Source of the DNA: Porphyridium purpureum | Lineage: Eukaryota | Length of the DNA stretch: 64,000 bases | Reading direction: 5' to 3' | Assembly (NCBI GenBank): GCA_008690995.1 | Contig: VRMN01000003.1 | Coordinates: forward strand, 1,178,001-1,242,000 | In this document: positions 21,113 through 30,813 of the stretch, in pieces | Position numbering within the stretch: the first letter of the stretch is position 1 | How the letters are laid out: the number at the start of each line of letters is the position of its first letter | Program-made: the position numbers and the translations under genes | The notes under the pieces: generated by a model | What the model saw: the letters and a program-made list of their open reading frames with translations, nothing else | The model's database searches: none | What the model was told of the DNA's origin: nothing

Positions 21113-22903
21113 ATGGCGTTTGCGTCGCTCGCCTTGCTGTTGCACGGCGCGTGCGCAACGTCGCGGGCGCTGGCGAGTAATAGACGGCGCTTGTGTTTTC
21201 ACGCGCGTGTGCGTACCGGTCCGAATCGCCGCGGCGCAGCGCGTTCGACGCGCACATGCGCCACTTCGAGGTCCGTGTCCGTAGCCGCGCTGCCCAGCGC
21301 AAGCGACCCGACATGGATGGGCGTCGAGTGTGTTAGACAGCGCGACCGATTCTTGTCCTGCCTTCAGAAAAAGGAGCAGCATTCGGGCGATGCCGTGCCG
21401 ATCGAGGCTGTGTTGCCGGCCCAGTGGGCCGCATGGACCGCCCGACAATCACAAGCAGTGCAGCAGTGGATTAGGGAGCTCGGAATTGTGCCAAAGGAGA
21501 CGCCACAAACCATCTTGATCCCTGATTTCGGTCGACATGCCAACTCGGGTCAGGGCGCCGCGCGCATGCTGCAGAAAGTGGCGTTTGTACTTGGCACTGC
21601 CGTCGAAGCGGCCAGTCCAGACGATCCCTGGATCGGCAATGCAGAGCTCTGGTGGAGTTTTGGAGCGCTCCCGCGGACGCTTCCGTCCGGCATGTACACC
21701 GTATCACAGTGCGAATTCGCCAATCCAGATCAGATTGCTCTCGCATGGACGCTCGGTGCGTACACATTTACTGCTTTTCAGCGCACATCCAAGCACGCCG
21801 CGGCAACAGAGAATACAGATGTATCGCCAGCCCAAGATGGCCCACAACAGGCTGCGGTACTTCTGGTACAAGACGGGGACGTGTTTGAAAAAGTGGTGCA
21901 AACGGGGAAGGCATGCTTTCTTGGCCGTGATCTGATTAACACACCTGCGCAGAATATGGGCCCCGAAGCCGTAGAGAAGGCGGTGCGCGAACTGGCCGCC
22001 GAATACGAGGGCGCAAGGGTGTCCTCGATCGTTGGTGACGATCTGCTCGAAGAAAATTACCCACAGATCCATGCTGTCGGGCGCTCAGCGCTGGGTTTCA
22101 GCGGCCGCAGCCCACGCCTTATTCGTCTCGAGTGGGGAATGGACCAGAACAAGGATGCGCCGTTGGTTGCAATCGTGGGCAAATGTATCACATTCGACAC
22201 AGGTGGATTGCAAATCAAGCCGGCCGCGTCCATGCGTCTGATGAAGAAGGATATGGGTGGCGCTGCAGCCGCGGTGGCTTTGACCGAAATGATTCTTGCG
22301 ACAAAGCTGAAAATGCGCGTAATACTTCTGCTACCAGCGGCGGACAACGCGGTAGGTCCCGACGCTTACCGGCCAGGCGACGTGCTCACGGCACGCAACG
22401 GTCTCACGACTGAAATCGAGCACACCGATGCGGAGGGACGACTCGTTCTCGCCGATGCGCTCGTGGCGGCTTGTGAGCACGTCAAACCGGCGCTCCTTAT
22501 TGACTTTGCGACGCTGACGGGTGCCCAACGCGTTGCCATGGGTAGTGAGATTGGCAGCGTGTTTTGTTCGGATCCGACGCTTTTGGACCAGTTGGAGAAG
22601 CAGTCAAGAATACAGGGTGATTACATGTGGCCACTTCCGATGTATACACCGTACAAGGGAATGCTATCTTCTACAATCGCGACGATGAAAAACTGTGCCA
22701 CAGGTGGGCTTGCGGGTGCGATCACAGCCGCGCTTTACCTCAAGGCCTTCGTGCGACCGGATGTTCCATGGATGCATTTGGATATAAATGGGTTCAATAA
22801 CACAGCAAGACATGGCCGACCGGAGGGCGGCGAGGTCATGGGTGCGCGTGCTATCTTCCATTTCATTGAGGAAGTAGTTGTGCGCCACCCAAAAAGCTCA
22901 TAG
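21113..22903 (+). CDS. M17 leucyl aminopeptidase with a predicted plastid transit peptide
   Basis: GRDLINTPAQNMGP, VGKCITFDTGGLQIKP, MKKDMGG, HTDAEGRLVLAD, DFATLTGA and WMHLDI. N-terminus MAFASL... is Arg/Ser/Ala-rich. Confidence 0.95.
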   Translation: MAFASLALLLHGACATSRALASNRRRLCFHARVRTGPNRRGAARSTRTCATSRSVSVAALPSASDPTWMGVECVRQRDRFLSCLQKKEQHSGDAVPIEAVLPAQWAAWTARQSQAVQQWIRELGIVPKETPQTILIPDFGRHANSGQGAARMLQKVAFVLGTAVEAASPDDPWIGNAELWWSFGALPRTLPSGMYTVSQCEFANPDQIALAWTLGAYTFTAFQRTSKHAAATENTDVSPAQDGPQQAAVLLVQDGDVFEKVVQTGKACFLGRDLINTPAQNMGPEAVEKAVRELAAEYEGARVSSIVGDDLLEENYPQIHAVGRSALGFSGRSPRLIRLEWGMDQNKDAPLVAIVGKCITFDTGGLQIKPAASMRLMKKDMGGAAAAVALTEMILATKLKMRVILLLPAADNAVGPDAYRPGDVLTARNGLTTEIEHTDAEGRLVLADALVAACEHVKPALLIDFATLTGAQRVAMGSEIGSVFCSDPTLLDQLEKQSRIQGDYMWPLPMYTPYKGMLSSTIATMKNCATGGLAGAITAALYLKAFVRPDVPWMHLDINGFNNTARHGRPEGGEVMGARAIFHFIEEVVVRHPKSS

Positions 22904-22935
22904 AAGGGAAGAAACTCTTTTGAATATATGAAGAA

Positions 22936-23766
22936 CTATTGCATGCGAGAAGTGAAGGTGTCCAGGTCGAGCACGGTGATGAACGGGTTGCGTTCTGCGC
23001 GCTTAACATCATCCAGCGTATTGTATCCCCATGACGCCATAAAGTATTGCACATTCGCGCCCAGCAGGCTGATGCTAGCGGATTCGAGCGCGGGCACGTA
23101 GTCCTCTACAAAGTGCACCTGCGCGCCCGGGTGATTCTTAAGCACGATCTTGAGCACCTCAATCTTACTACCCATTCCAAGTCCATAGACGCGATCGTCT
23201 GGCATGGCAGATTCGGTCACACCGGCGGCACGCAACAGGCGAAGGGCATAGCGTTTGTCCTTGGTGGTTATTATGTACCGCGCTAGCGCCTCGCTCTGAT
23301 TCAGCGCGTCTACCACGCCTGGAAACATCTTGTTTGCCGCGAGCCACGAATCGAGGTCATTTTCAATCCAATCATCACGTTCCGCGCTAAATGCGCCATT
23401 GAGCGCACCAAAGTCAGAGTTGTACTCTTCGAGTAACTGCTCTTTGAGCGGCTCCGGCCACGCCTTGCGCAGTTGCTCTGGACCGTCGCTATCCATATAC
23501 TGACCTTCCGCGAGCGCGCGGCACAGAAGCACCAACTCGTACCCTGTCTTGATCAACGGGCGCAAATGAGTGAGCTGCCGCCGCACCGGATCGCTGCCAA
23601 GCTGGGCATACCATGTTTCGGTGCTGTGCGCAGCAAACACGCGGCGCGCGGCACGGATCACAGACTCGATCAGCTCATCAACCGAGTCGCACAGCACCCC
23701 GTCAAAGTCCAGGGCGTACACCACTGACGACGCGGGCGCACCGCCGTTCTCACGTCCGGCACTCAT
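22936..23766 (-). CDS. HAD-superfamily hydrolase (cyanobacterial/plant type)
   Basis: Motif I ALDFDGVLCDS, plus ITTK, GSKIEVL, HFVED and ASWGYNT. Confidence 0.9.
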   Translation of the reverse strand: MSAGRENGGAPASSVVYALDFDGVLCDSVDELIESVIRAARRVFAAHSTETWYAQLGSDPVRRQLTHLRPLIKTGYELVLLCRALAEGQYMDSDGPEQLRKAWPEPLKEQLLEEYNSDFGALNGAFSAERDDWIENDLDSWLAANKMFPGVVDALNQSEALARYIITTKDKRYALRLLRAAGVTESAMPDDRVYGLGMGSKIEVLKIVLKNHPGAQVHFVEDYVPALESASISLLGANVQYFMASWGYNTLDDVKRAERNPFITVLDLDTFTSRMQ

Positions 23767-23958
23767 CCCAAACACCTCCAATCATTCCCCTCCCCGAACC
23801 TGCATGCAGTGTGATTCACAACCTCGGTGCCAAAACACCCAAGAGAAGCTCGCGGTGTGTGTGGCTTCGAGTGCACCTTGACTGTAGACGCAGAGACGGC
23901 GAAAGAGACCAGGCGACGACGAGCGGGAGAGATTGCTGCGCGGTAGTGACGGCACCTC

Positions 23959-23972
23959 TTATATATATATAT
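23959..23972. promoter_or_regulatory. (TA)n / TATA-like element in the divergent HAD-CysQ promoter
   Basis: ttatatatatatat within a 265-bp head-to-head gap in otherwise GC-rich DNA; function inferred. Confidence 0.4.
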
Positions 23973-24031
23973 CTTGTTCGTGGCATAGCTATTGTATCGC
24001 GAGACTCTGGGCAGGCACGATTTGTGGAAGG

Positions 24032-24835
24032 ATGATTTTTCAGGCAGGAGATGTGGAGGTGGACGTGCTCGAGCTGGTGCGAATCGCGGAGGATGCGGGT
24101 AAAGTGATCCTCGAGATCTACTCGAAGGATGTGGATAGCTGGGAGCAGAAGATCAAGGCCGATGATTCGCCGCTGACGGTAGCTGATCTGAAAGCGAACG
24201 ATCTGATCTGCACAAGGCTGAAGGAGCTAACGCCAGAGTTTCCGATCATGTCGGAGGAGCTCGAGCAGCTGCCGTATGAACAGAGAAAGTCGTGGAGCTA
24301 CTACTGGTGCGTGGACCCGCTGGATGGCACAAAGGAGTTTATCAAGAGGAACGGCGATTTCACGGTCAACATTGCGCTGATGCACGAAAATCATGGTGTC
24401 GTCGGGGTGGTGCACACACCGGTGCGAGACCAGACGCACTATGCCGCCAGCAAGCTCGGCGCGTTCGTGCGCAAGCAGGCGGATCAACCGAGACCCATCA
24501 AAGTCGAATCCTATGCCATGTCAGACCCGAATCTGACGCTTGTGTGCTCCGCGAGCCATCTCGACCCGCGCACCGAGGAGTACATGGCACAGTTTACCGA
24601 ACCTAAGACAGTGAGCATGGGTTCGTCGCTGAAGTTTTTACTTGTTGCAGAGGGCGCAGCACACGTGTATCCGCGTTTTGCGCCCACCATGGAGTGGGAC
24701 ACCGCGGCGAGTCAGGTTATTGTTGAGGAGGCTGGAGGTGAGGTCGTTGTGGTCGAAACCGAGAAGCCACTCACGTACAATCGTGAAAACCTGCTCAATC
24801 CGTATTTTATTTGTCGTGGCCAGTGCATTGCATGA
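24032..24835 (+). CDS. cysQ: 3'(2'),5'-bisphosphate nucleotidase CysQ (PAP phosphatase)
   Basis: KADDSPLTVADL, IMSEE, WCVDPLDGTKEFIKRNGDFTVNIAL, MGSSLKF and YPRFAPTMEWDTAA. Confidence 0.95.
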   Translation: MIFQAGDVEVDVLELVRIAEDAGKVILEIYSKDVDSWEQKIKADDSPLTVADLKANDLICTRLKELTPEFPIMSEELEQLPYEQRKSWSYYWCVDPLDGTKEFIKRNGDFTVNIALMHENHGVVGVVHTPVRDQTHYAASKLGAFVRKQADQPRPIKVESYAMSDPNLTLVCSASHLDPRTEEYMAQFTEPKTVSMGSSLKFLLVAEGAAHVYPRFAPTMEWDTAASQVIVEEAGGEVVVVETEKPLTYNRENLLNPYFICRGQCIA

Positions 24836-25092
24836 TGCATATGTTCCGATCAATTCAATCATTGAAGAACAGCAGAGGAGAGAAAAAGAGGTGCACCCTT
24901 GTCACGGACAACGGGGACTTGGCGTTGTTTAGCAATCGGGTCCTCTGGGAGATGCTGCCTTGAGTTTTACTTGCCATTCTACCCGGCGTCGCGCAAATGG
25001 CGCGTCGCACGTAGCGTGCTTTCTTGATTAAGGTTGATTGTGGGCCCACAAAGGCCAATGCCAACAACATTTACACGCGCATTTCGCAGCTC

Positions 25093-26061
25093 CTACCCTG
25101 AGAGGCCCTGAACCTCAATAAACGAGTTTGGCTCAGGTTGTGTCGCCCAAATTCGAATAGTACCGTCGTCAGAGCCGGATGAGTAATGCAATCCATCTGG
25201 TGCAAAGCGGACGACCCAGACGGGGCCGTGGTGTCCCTTGTGCGAAGCAAGCTGTTGGTTGGTTTCAAAGTCAAACATGTATACGGAAAGGTCGTGGCCA
25301 CCACACACGTATCTGTTCCGCTCCAGATGCACTGACGCCGATTCCGTGCCCGGTGGTAGCGTCAAAGTCTTCATGCACTCGAACTTGCGCATATCAAACG
25401 CATGCAATTTCTCATCCGCGCACACGAGCGTCAAAAAGGTGCCGTCTCGCGACATCTCGCCTGATTTGACTTCGGCGCTGAGTGGCAGGGTCCGAACGGG
25501 AGCCTCGGCGGCACGTGTATCCCAAATATACATGGATGGGTTCGAGCCGGCACTCATGAACAGTGTGGAACCGGCGTCGATGTATCGTGCAATCTTGGTT
25601 GCCCGTGAGCCACCTTCCATGAGCGTTGGCGCTGCATCGGGCCGGTGAAGGTCAAAAATGGACAGACTCGGCATATTCCCTGCTGCCAGCAGGTAGTGCG
25701 AGTCTTCTGACAACGCCACACTCTTGCATATGTGCTTCATCGCAAACGTGTGCTTGCAATCGCCGCTGAAGCCGTCCCACAGCTTAGCGGAGAACTCTGC
25801 GGCGCCCGTGGCTGCGAGGCTGGCGTCTGAATTTATGCATGCGCCCCATACTGCGCCCTTGTGTCCCTCAAATGTGCCGATCCAATCACCGGTCTCGCCG
25901 TTGCGCAACATGGGCTTACCGTCATGTGAGGCCGACACCAGAAACAATCCGTCCACCACCGGTTCGCTGTACTGCAGCTCGACGATCCCGCGATTGTGGC
26001 CCGGGCACACGAGCGGTACCTGTCGCACGAATCCCATCTTCCCGGACAAGCTATCCTCCAT
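25093..26061 (-). CDS. STRAP: STRAP/UNRIP WD40-repeat protein
   Basis: PLVCPGHNRGIV, DGKPMLRNGETGDWIGTFEGHKGAVW and GHHGPVWVVRFAPDG...SGSDDGTIRIW. Confidence 0.93.
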   Translation of the reverse strand: MEDSLSGKMGFVRQVPLVCPGHNRGIVELQYSEPVVDGLFLVSASHDGKPMLRNGETGDWIGTFEGHKGAVWGACINSDASLAATGAAEFSAKLWDGFSGDCKHTFAMKHICKSVALSEDSHYLLAAGNMPSLSIFDLHRPDAAPTLMEGGSRATKIARYIDAGSTLFMSAGSNPSMYIWDTRAAEAPVRTLPLSAEVKSGEMSRDGTFLTLVCADEKLHAFDMRKFECMKTLTLPPGTESASVHLERNRYVCGGHDLSVYMFDFETNQQLASHKGHHGPVWVVRFAPDGLHYSSGSDDGTIRIWATQPEPNSFIEVQGLSG

Positions 26062-26344
26062 CCTGGCGAAATTTCCTCGAGCTCCCGTCGGTCAACGGCG
26101 GCACCACCCTCACACGTAACGTGAAGCGCCGAGTTGGAGCTTGGCCGTGAGGGGCGGGGAATTCATTTTCGCAGAAAAGATAATATGGTTGGGTGAGAGG
26201 CGGGCATTAGAACGCAAGGGGGCGCATACTGCCCTGGGTGAATTTTTGTTCGCTTCAGACCATCCTCGTTCACTCGGACTCTGTCAGCTTCTTTACTTTT
26301 ATGCGATTCCCACCATTGTTAAATATGTGCTTCAGATGAACAGA

Positions 26345-27268
26345 TCAAGTGCTATCTTCGCCTTCAGAGAACGAGTCCACAGACGCCCTGCGCTTATGGC
26401 CAATCTTCAAGCTGCGCGATTTTAATTTGCGCTCCGAATCCTTTTTCCGGCGCTCTGCACGCTTTCTCATTTTGATTTCTCGCTCCGTGTCATATTTGAC
26501 GAAATCGCGCACGCGAACGATTCTCTCCATCAGGATGAGGCACGTGAGGATCAACCCGAAGAGACACAACAAAATTAGACCCACGCAAACCCACGCGGCA
26601 ATAGCGTAAGGCGCCATGAGCGAGATGGTTGTAAACGCAGCGCCCATGAAGAAGAATGATGCTCCCATGAGCATACCCGGCCGCAACAGCCAGCCGGATA
26701 AGTGGTTCGCAAAGACATGCACGTGATTCACGGGAATCGTACTGATTCCGATGAACAACATGGCCGCAACGACGACGCACGCAATACCACTCAAGAAGGA
26801 CAAGGTGATAAAAACCGCGTTGGGCATGTACCAATCCAACTTGAGCGAGCTGAGGTCAGCAATCTCGTAAAACTGCAATGAGAAGCCGGCGATGAGGGAG
26901 CCCGCAATGACAAACAGCTCGCCTATGGACGAAATCGCGACGTGCAACTCTCGCGGGCGCGCGTAATGGAACAGCGCGGAGTCCTGTATGGCGTAGAACG
27001 CGCGGTTGACATTCTTCCACCACTGGCGGGACAGGAATTTTGAGCTCTTCAACTGGCCGACCTCCAAGCCGTTCAAGTCACACACCTTCCCATTCTCTGT
27101 CAGCTTAAAATGCAGCGCGTTCTGCTCCTCTACCGGCAGCTCCCACGACGCCAAGGTCATCGACACCGACTGCGACAGCGACTGCGTCGCGTCCTTCTTG
27201 GGCACCTCATCCTTGGACAAAGCAGACTCACGCTGATTCAACTCATGTGGAGGTAACACCCCTGCCAT
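26345..27268 (-). CDS. Uncharacterised 4-TM membrane protein with a basic C-terminal tail
   Basis: Four hydrophobic helices followed by a K/R/E-rich helix. ATG at 27268. Confidence 0.75.
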   Translation of the reverse strand: MAGVLPPHELNQRESALSKDEVPKKDATQSLSQSVSMTLASWELPVEEQNALHFKLTENGKVCDLNGLEVGQLKSSKFLSRQWWKNVNRAFYAIQDSALFHYARPRELHVAISSIGELFVIAGSLIAGFSLQFYEIADLSSLKLDWYMPNAVFITLSFLSGIACVVVAAMLFIGISTIPVNHVHVFANHLSGWLLRPGMLMGASFFFMGAAFTTISLMAPYAIAAWVCVGLILLCLFGLILTCLILMERIVRVRDFVKYDTEREIKMRKRAERRKKDSERKLKSRSLKIGHKRRASVDSFSEGEDST

Positions 27269-28039
27269 CCTCTTCTCTCCTCCTACCCTCCCTCCCTCCG
27301 CCTTCACCCCGCTCTTCCCCTCCCCCTTTCTCTCCCTCTCTTCCCTTCGGTCGGCCTCACCTTCTCCGCCACTGCCGTTCCCTTCCCTTTCGCCCTCCGT
27401 GTGTTAAATACACCGTGCGATACCTTCCATAATCCGAGATGCTACAAAACAAACACGTTCAAGTTCAGCCCTCTCTCTCTTTCCTTGAATCAGCGCTCAT
27501 TGACTAAGATACGGAATACTCTCAGTCAGCTAATGTGACTGTATATTCCCATTATCATCTTCCTCCTCCTCCTCCACTTCTTCATAACGAATGAGGCGAG
27601 AATCCTCATGGAAAAAAAAAAAGAGGGAACGAACGAATGACGTAGAAACTACAGGTCACCCGTTGTTTTTTTCCAAAGGGTTAGCGGATGGTTTGGGTGA
27701 GTGCGGGTGGTTTCAAAGAAAGCTCGCTCGTTGGTGGGGCTTGAAAAGGGGGAATGGCACACGGGTGCTGGTAAAACGAGGTGGTTTGGATAGGCAGATC
27801 GGACACACGCTGCACGCGCTGACAGACAGGTGGCGCGCCGGTTGGTGCCGGCGTGTGGGGAAAGAAAAGTTAAACTGTTGAGGAGCGTAGCAAATCGGTG
27901 ATGGCGGGGGAGACAGCGGAGTAGGAAGGGACACAGCGAGGATCGAGAAGGTGCGACGGGTGAGGAAGGCCGGGACGGGTCAGGCGGTCAGGGGATCAGG
28001 GTTGGGACAGAGCGGGGAAGGGACGCTGGGAGCGCGCGG

Positions 28040-30490
28040 ATGACGTTGCATGCGCAGTGCCGGCGTGCTTGGATCGGCCGCGCGTTTGCCGGCAGAGCCG
28101 CGGCCGTGGTGGTGTTCAGGCGCGCGCACCACAGCCTGCGGTGCGGTCCAGCGGCCAGTGGCTCGGATGGCGCGGCTGTGAGTGCGGCACAGGGCGCGCG
28201 TGGCAGGACCTTGGGGGTGACGGCTCGTCGAGGCCCGGCGCAGAGATGTGTAAGCGTGCATGCTGGTCTGGTTGGGACGTCGTGGCGTGGACTTGACGCG
28301 AGTCCGCTGCGTGGCTTGACAACAAGTGTGCATGCGCCGGAACGTGGTGCGAGAGGTGATGTGAAGGAGGCGGCAGCGCATGCACGACGCCATGACGAAG
28401 ACGCAGCACTGAGTGGGCACAAGGATGCAGCACATGCCCCTGACACGAATCCGATCCTTTCGCAGGCTTTGTCCGGGATGACTGAGGAAGTAGTTCCTGA
28501 CTACGAGGACTGGTTCCGACACGGAGAGACGGCCGAAAAGGAAGGCAAGCTGGAGGAGGCGTTGCACTGGCTGCGAAAAGCTGCAGACGCAGGCTTCCCC
28601 GGCGCTCAAACGAAATTGGGCTCTTACTATGTCACAGGGGGAGGCGGTCTGGAAGCTGATGTTGCCCTTGCGGCCGCTTGGTTTCGCAAGGCTGCTCTTG
28701 GCGGTGAGGTACATGCTCAGATGACACTGGGTGGGATGTATGCTGAAGGATCTTTTGGTGTGAAGGTGGATGAGAGCATGGCTGCGGAGTACTTTCGCAT
28801 GGCCGCTTCGCAGGGACACCCAGCTGCGCAATACAGCCTCAGCCATTTCTACAGATATGGCAAGGGCGGGCTTGCTGTAAGCGAGCGCGAGGCAGCTGAG
28901 TGGTGCCGTAAAGCAGCGGAAAACGGGCACACTGCCGCGCAGTACGGCCTGGGCATGATGCTCGCGAATGGCCACTGTAGTATGGCTGTGGACGAGAACG
29001 AAGCAGTACAGTGGTTCCGCAAGGCTGCTGAGAATGAGCACGCCGATGCTCAAGTGAGCTTGGGCGTTTTTTACGGCGCCGGTAAGGGAGGCCTTGCTGT
29101 GGATGAAAAGGAGGCGCTGATGTGGTATCGTAAAGCAGCAAGTACGGGAAACTCAAGCGCTCTCTTTGTGCTTGGCCTCTGCTACAGAGATGGGAGCCAT
29201 GGGCTTCCCAAAGACGAGCCCCAGGCGGTCGAGTTCATTCAGCAAGCAGCTGAGGCGGGTCATTCTGAAGCGCAGTATTTCTTGGGCCTCTACTATGCCA
29301 AAGGAGAACTCGGGCTTCAATCCGATCATGCTCAGGCATTTCGATGGTTCGAAAGCGCGGCGGTGCAAGGACACACTGAAGCCCAGTACACTTTGGGTCT
29401 TTATTACGCGAAAGGAGTATGTGGTGTTTCTCAGGATGAAAGTAAGGCGTTCGAATGGTTTTCCAAAGCAGCCGCGGCTGGGCACCTTGATGCCCAGTGC
29501 AATCTTGGCTCCTTCTATTTGTTGGGGACGCAGTCTCTCCCTCCAGATGAGCGCAAGGGGGTTGAATTGTTGCGCATGGCCGCAGAGAGTGATCATGCAG
29601 GCGCGCAGTATAATATAGCCTTGTGCTACGAGAGCGGAAAGGGCGGTCTTCCTGTGGATGAGTATGCAGCCTTGGATTGGTATCACAAAGCGGCTGCCAA
29701 CGGGAATGCCCGCGCACATCATAATCTGGGTGTCTACTATTCGACGGGAAGAGGCGGGGTGTCCGTCGATGAGAAAGAGGCGGAAAAAATGTACCGCGTA
29801 GCTGCTCGGGCTGGTGTGCATCAGTCACAGCAAATGATGGCTTTGTTCCACTACTATGGTCTGGGCGGACTTGAGAAAGACGCCTTCAAGTCTCTGAAGT
29901 GGTACCGTAAAGCTGCCTTGAATGGAAATACTGAAGCTCAGCTTGCCCTGGGCACTGTATACCACCAAGGAATGTGCGGGGAGAAGGTGGATGACGCCAG
30001 GGCGTTGGTATGGTTCCGAATGTCCGCTGAGAATGGGAACATTACCGCACAGTATAATCTAGGTTCGATGTACACGACCGGGGAGTGTGGCCTGCCTGTC
30101 GACGAGCGTCGAGCTGTCGAGTGGTGGCTCAGGGCGGCTGATGGTGGTGATCCCGATGCGCAGTTCAACTTGGCGGTATTTTTCCATTATGGAAAGGGCG
30201 GTCTTCAGGCAGACGAGTGCCAAGCGGTCGAGTGGTACCGCAAAGCTGCTGAGAATGACAACCCGGATGCGCAACATAACATGGGCCTCTCTTATCTGAA
30301 CGGATTCGGCGGCCTTGAGGTCGACAAGGAGAAGGCACTTGCCTGGTTTCGACGCGCCGCGGCACTGGGCAACGAGAACGCGGAAGCTGCGTTGCGACAC
30401 CTGGAGCATTCGGAAGGCATGCGAGGCGAAAAGGCGGAAGGCATGCGAGGCGAAAAGGCGGAAGGCATGCGAGTCGAAAAGGCGGGATAA
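28040..30490 (+). CDS. Sel1-like repeat protein (about 16 repeats)
   Basis: Tandem AQxxLGxxYxxGxGGLxVDExxAxxWxRKAA units of 37 aa; Arg/Ala/Gly-rich N-terminus. Confidence 0.95.
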   Translation: MTLHAQCRRAWIGRAFAGRAAAVVVFRRAHHSLRCGPAASGSDGAAVSAAQGARGRTLGVTARRGPAQRCVSVHAGLVGTSWRGLDASPLRGLTTSVHAPERGARGDVKEAAAHARRHDEDAALSGHKDAAHAPDTNPILSQALSGMTEEVVPDYEDWFRHGETAEKEGKLEEALHWLRKAADAGFPGAQTKLGSYYVTGGGGLEADVALAAAWFRKAALGGEVHAQMTLGGMYAEGSFGVKVDESMAAEYFRMAASQGHPAAQYSLSHFYRYGKGGLAVSEREAAEWCRKAAENGHTAAQYGLGMMLANGHCSMAVDENEAVQWFRKAAENEHADAQVSLGVFYGAGKGGLAVDEKEALMWYRKAASTGNSSALFVLGLCYRDGSHGLPKDEPQAVEFIQQAAEAGHSEAQYFLGLYYAKGELGLQSDHAQAFRWFESAAVQGHTEAQYTLGLYYAKGVCGVSQDESKAFEWFSKAAAAGHLDAQCNLGSFYLLGTQSLPPDERKGVELLRMAAESDHAGAQYNIALCYESGKGGLPVDEYAALDWYHKAAANGNARAHHNLGVYYSTGRGGVSVDEKEAEKMYRVAARAGVHQSQQMMALFHYYGLGGLEKDAFKSLKWYRKAALNGNTEAQLALGTVYHQGMCGEKVDDARALVWFRMSAENGNITAQYNLGSMYTTGECGLPVDERRAVEWWLRAADGGDPDAQFNLAVFFHYGKGGLQADECQAVEWYRKAAENDNPDAQHNMGLSYLNGFGGLEVDKEKALAWFRRAAALGNENAEAALRHLEHSEGMRGEKAEGMRGEKAEGMRVEKAG
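30411..30485 (+). repeat. 24-bp coding tandem repeat, three copies
   Basis: cggaaggcatgcgaggcgaaaagg x3, with one G>T change in copy 3; encodes (EGMRGEKA)3 at the Sel1 protein C-terminus. Confidence 0.95.
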
Positions 30491-30813
30491 AAGCTGGAGT
30501 CTTCCGTGAGGCATCCATACGTGCTGATATTCGTTCCGTCCGGGCGCACGTGCTGCAACTCCCGTCCAGCTCGGAGTGCTGTGCCAAATCCCTCGAAAGC
30601 CAGAGGGGCCTGTTTGCAGAACCTAGAAATAAGTTGACGCGCACGGTGTAGTTAGAATAAGGGTTACGTGAGAATATGAAACCGAGGTACAGTAGTCGTA
30701 AGCGTTAACTGGCTTTCCCGCGTAACGGCTTTTCCGGGGGCGGGCGAGCGTCCACGCGCCGCTTTCCCGCTTCCAACCAGGTGAGCTGAGCTGGAGGAGC
30801 GTTGCGCGAAAAT

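Noticed and set aside
27980..29828. Long minus-strand ORFs over the Sel1 gene
   Set aside because: Antisense shadows of a repetitive GC-rich CDS.
30411..30485. 24-bp direct repeats as a CRISPR array
   Set aside because: Head-to-tail with no spacers, in frame inside a eukaryotic CDS, and no cas genes nearby.
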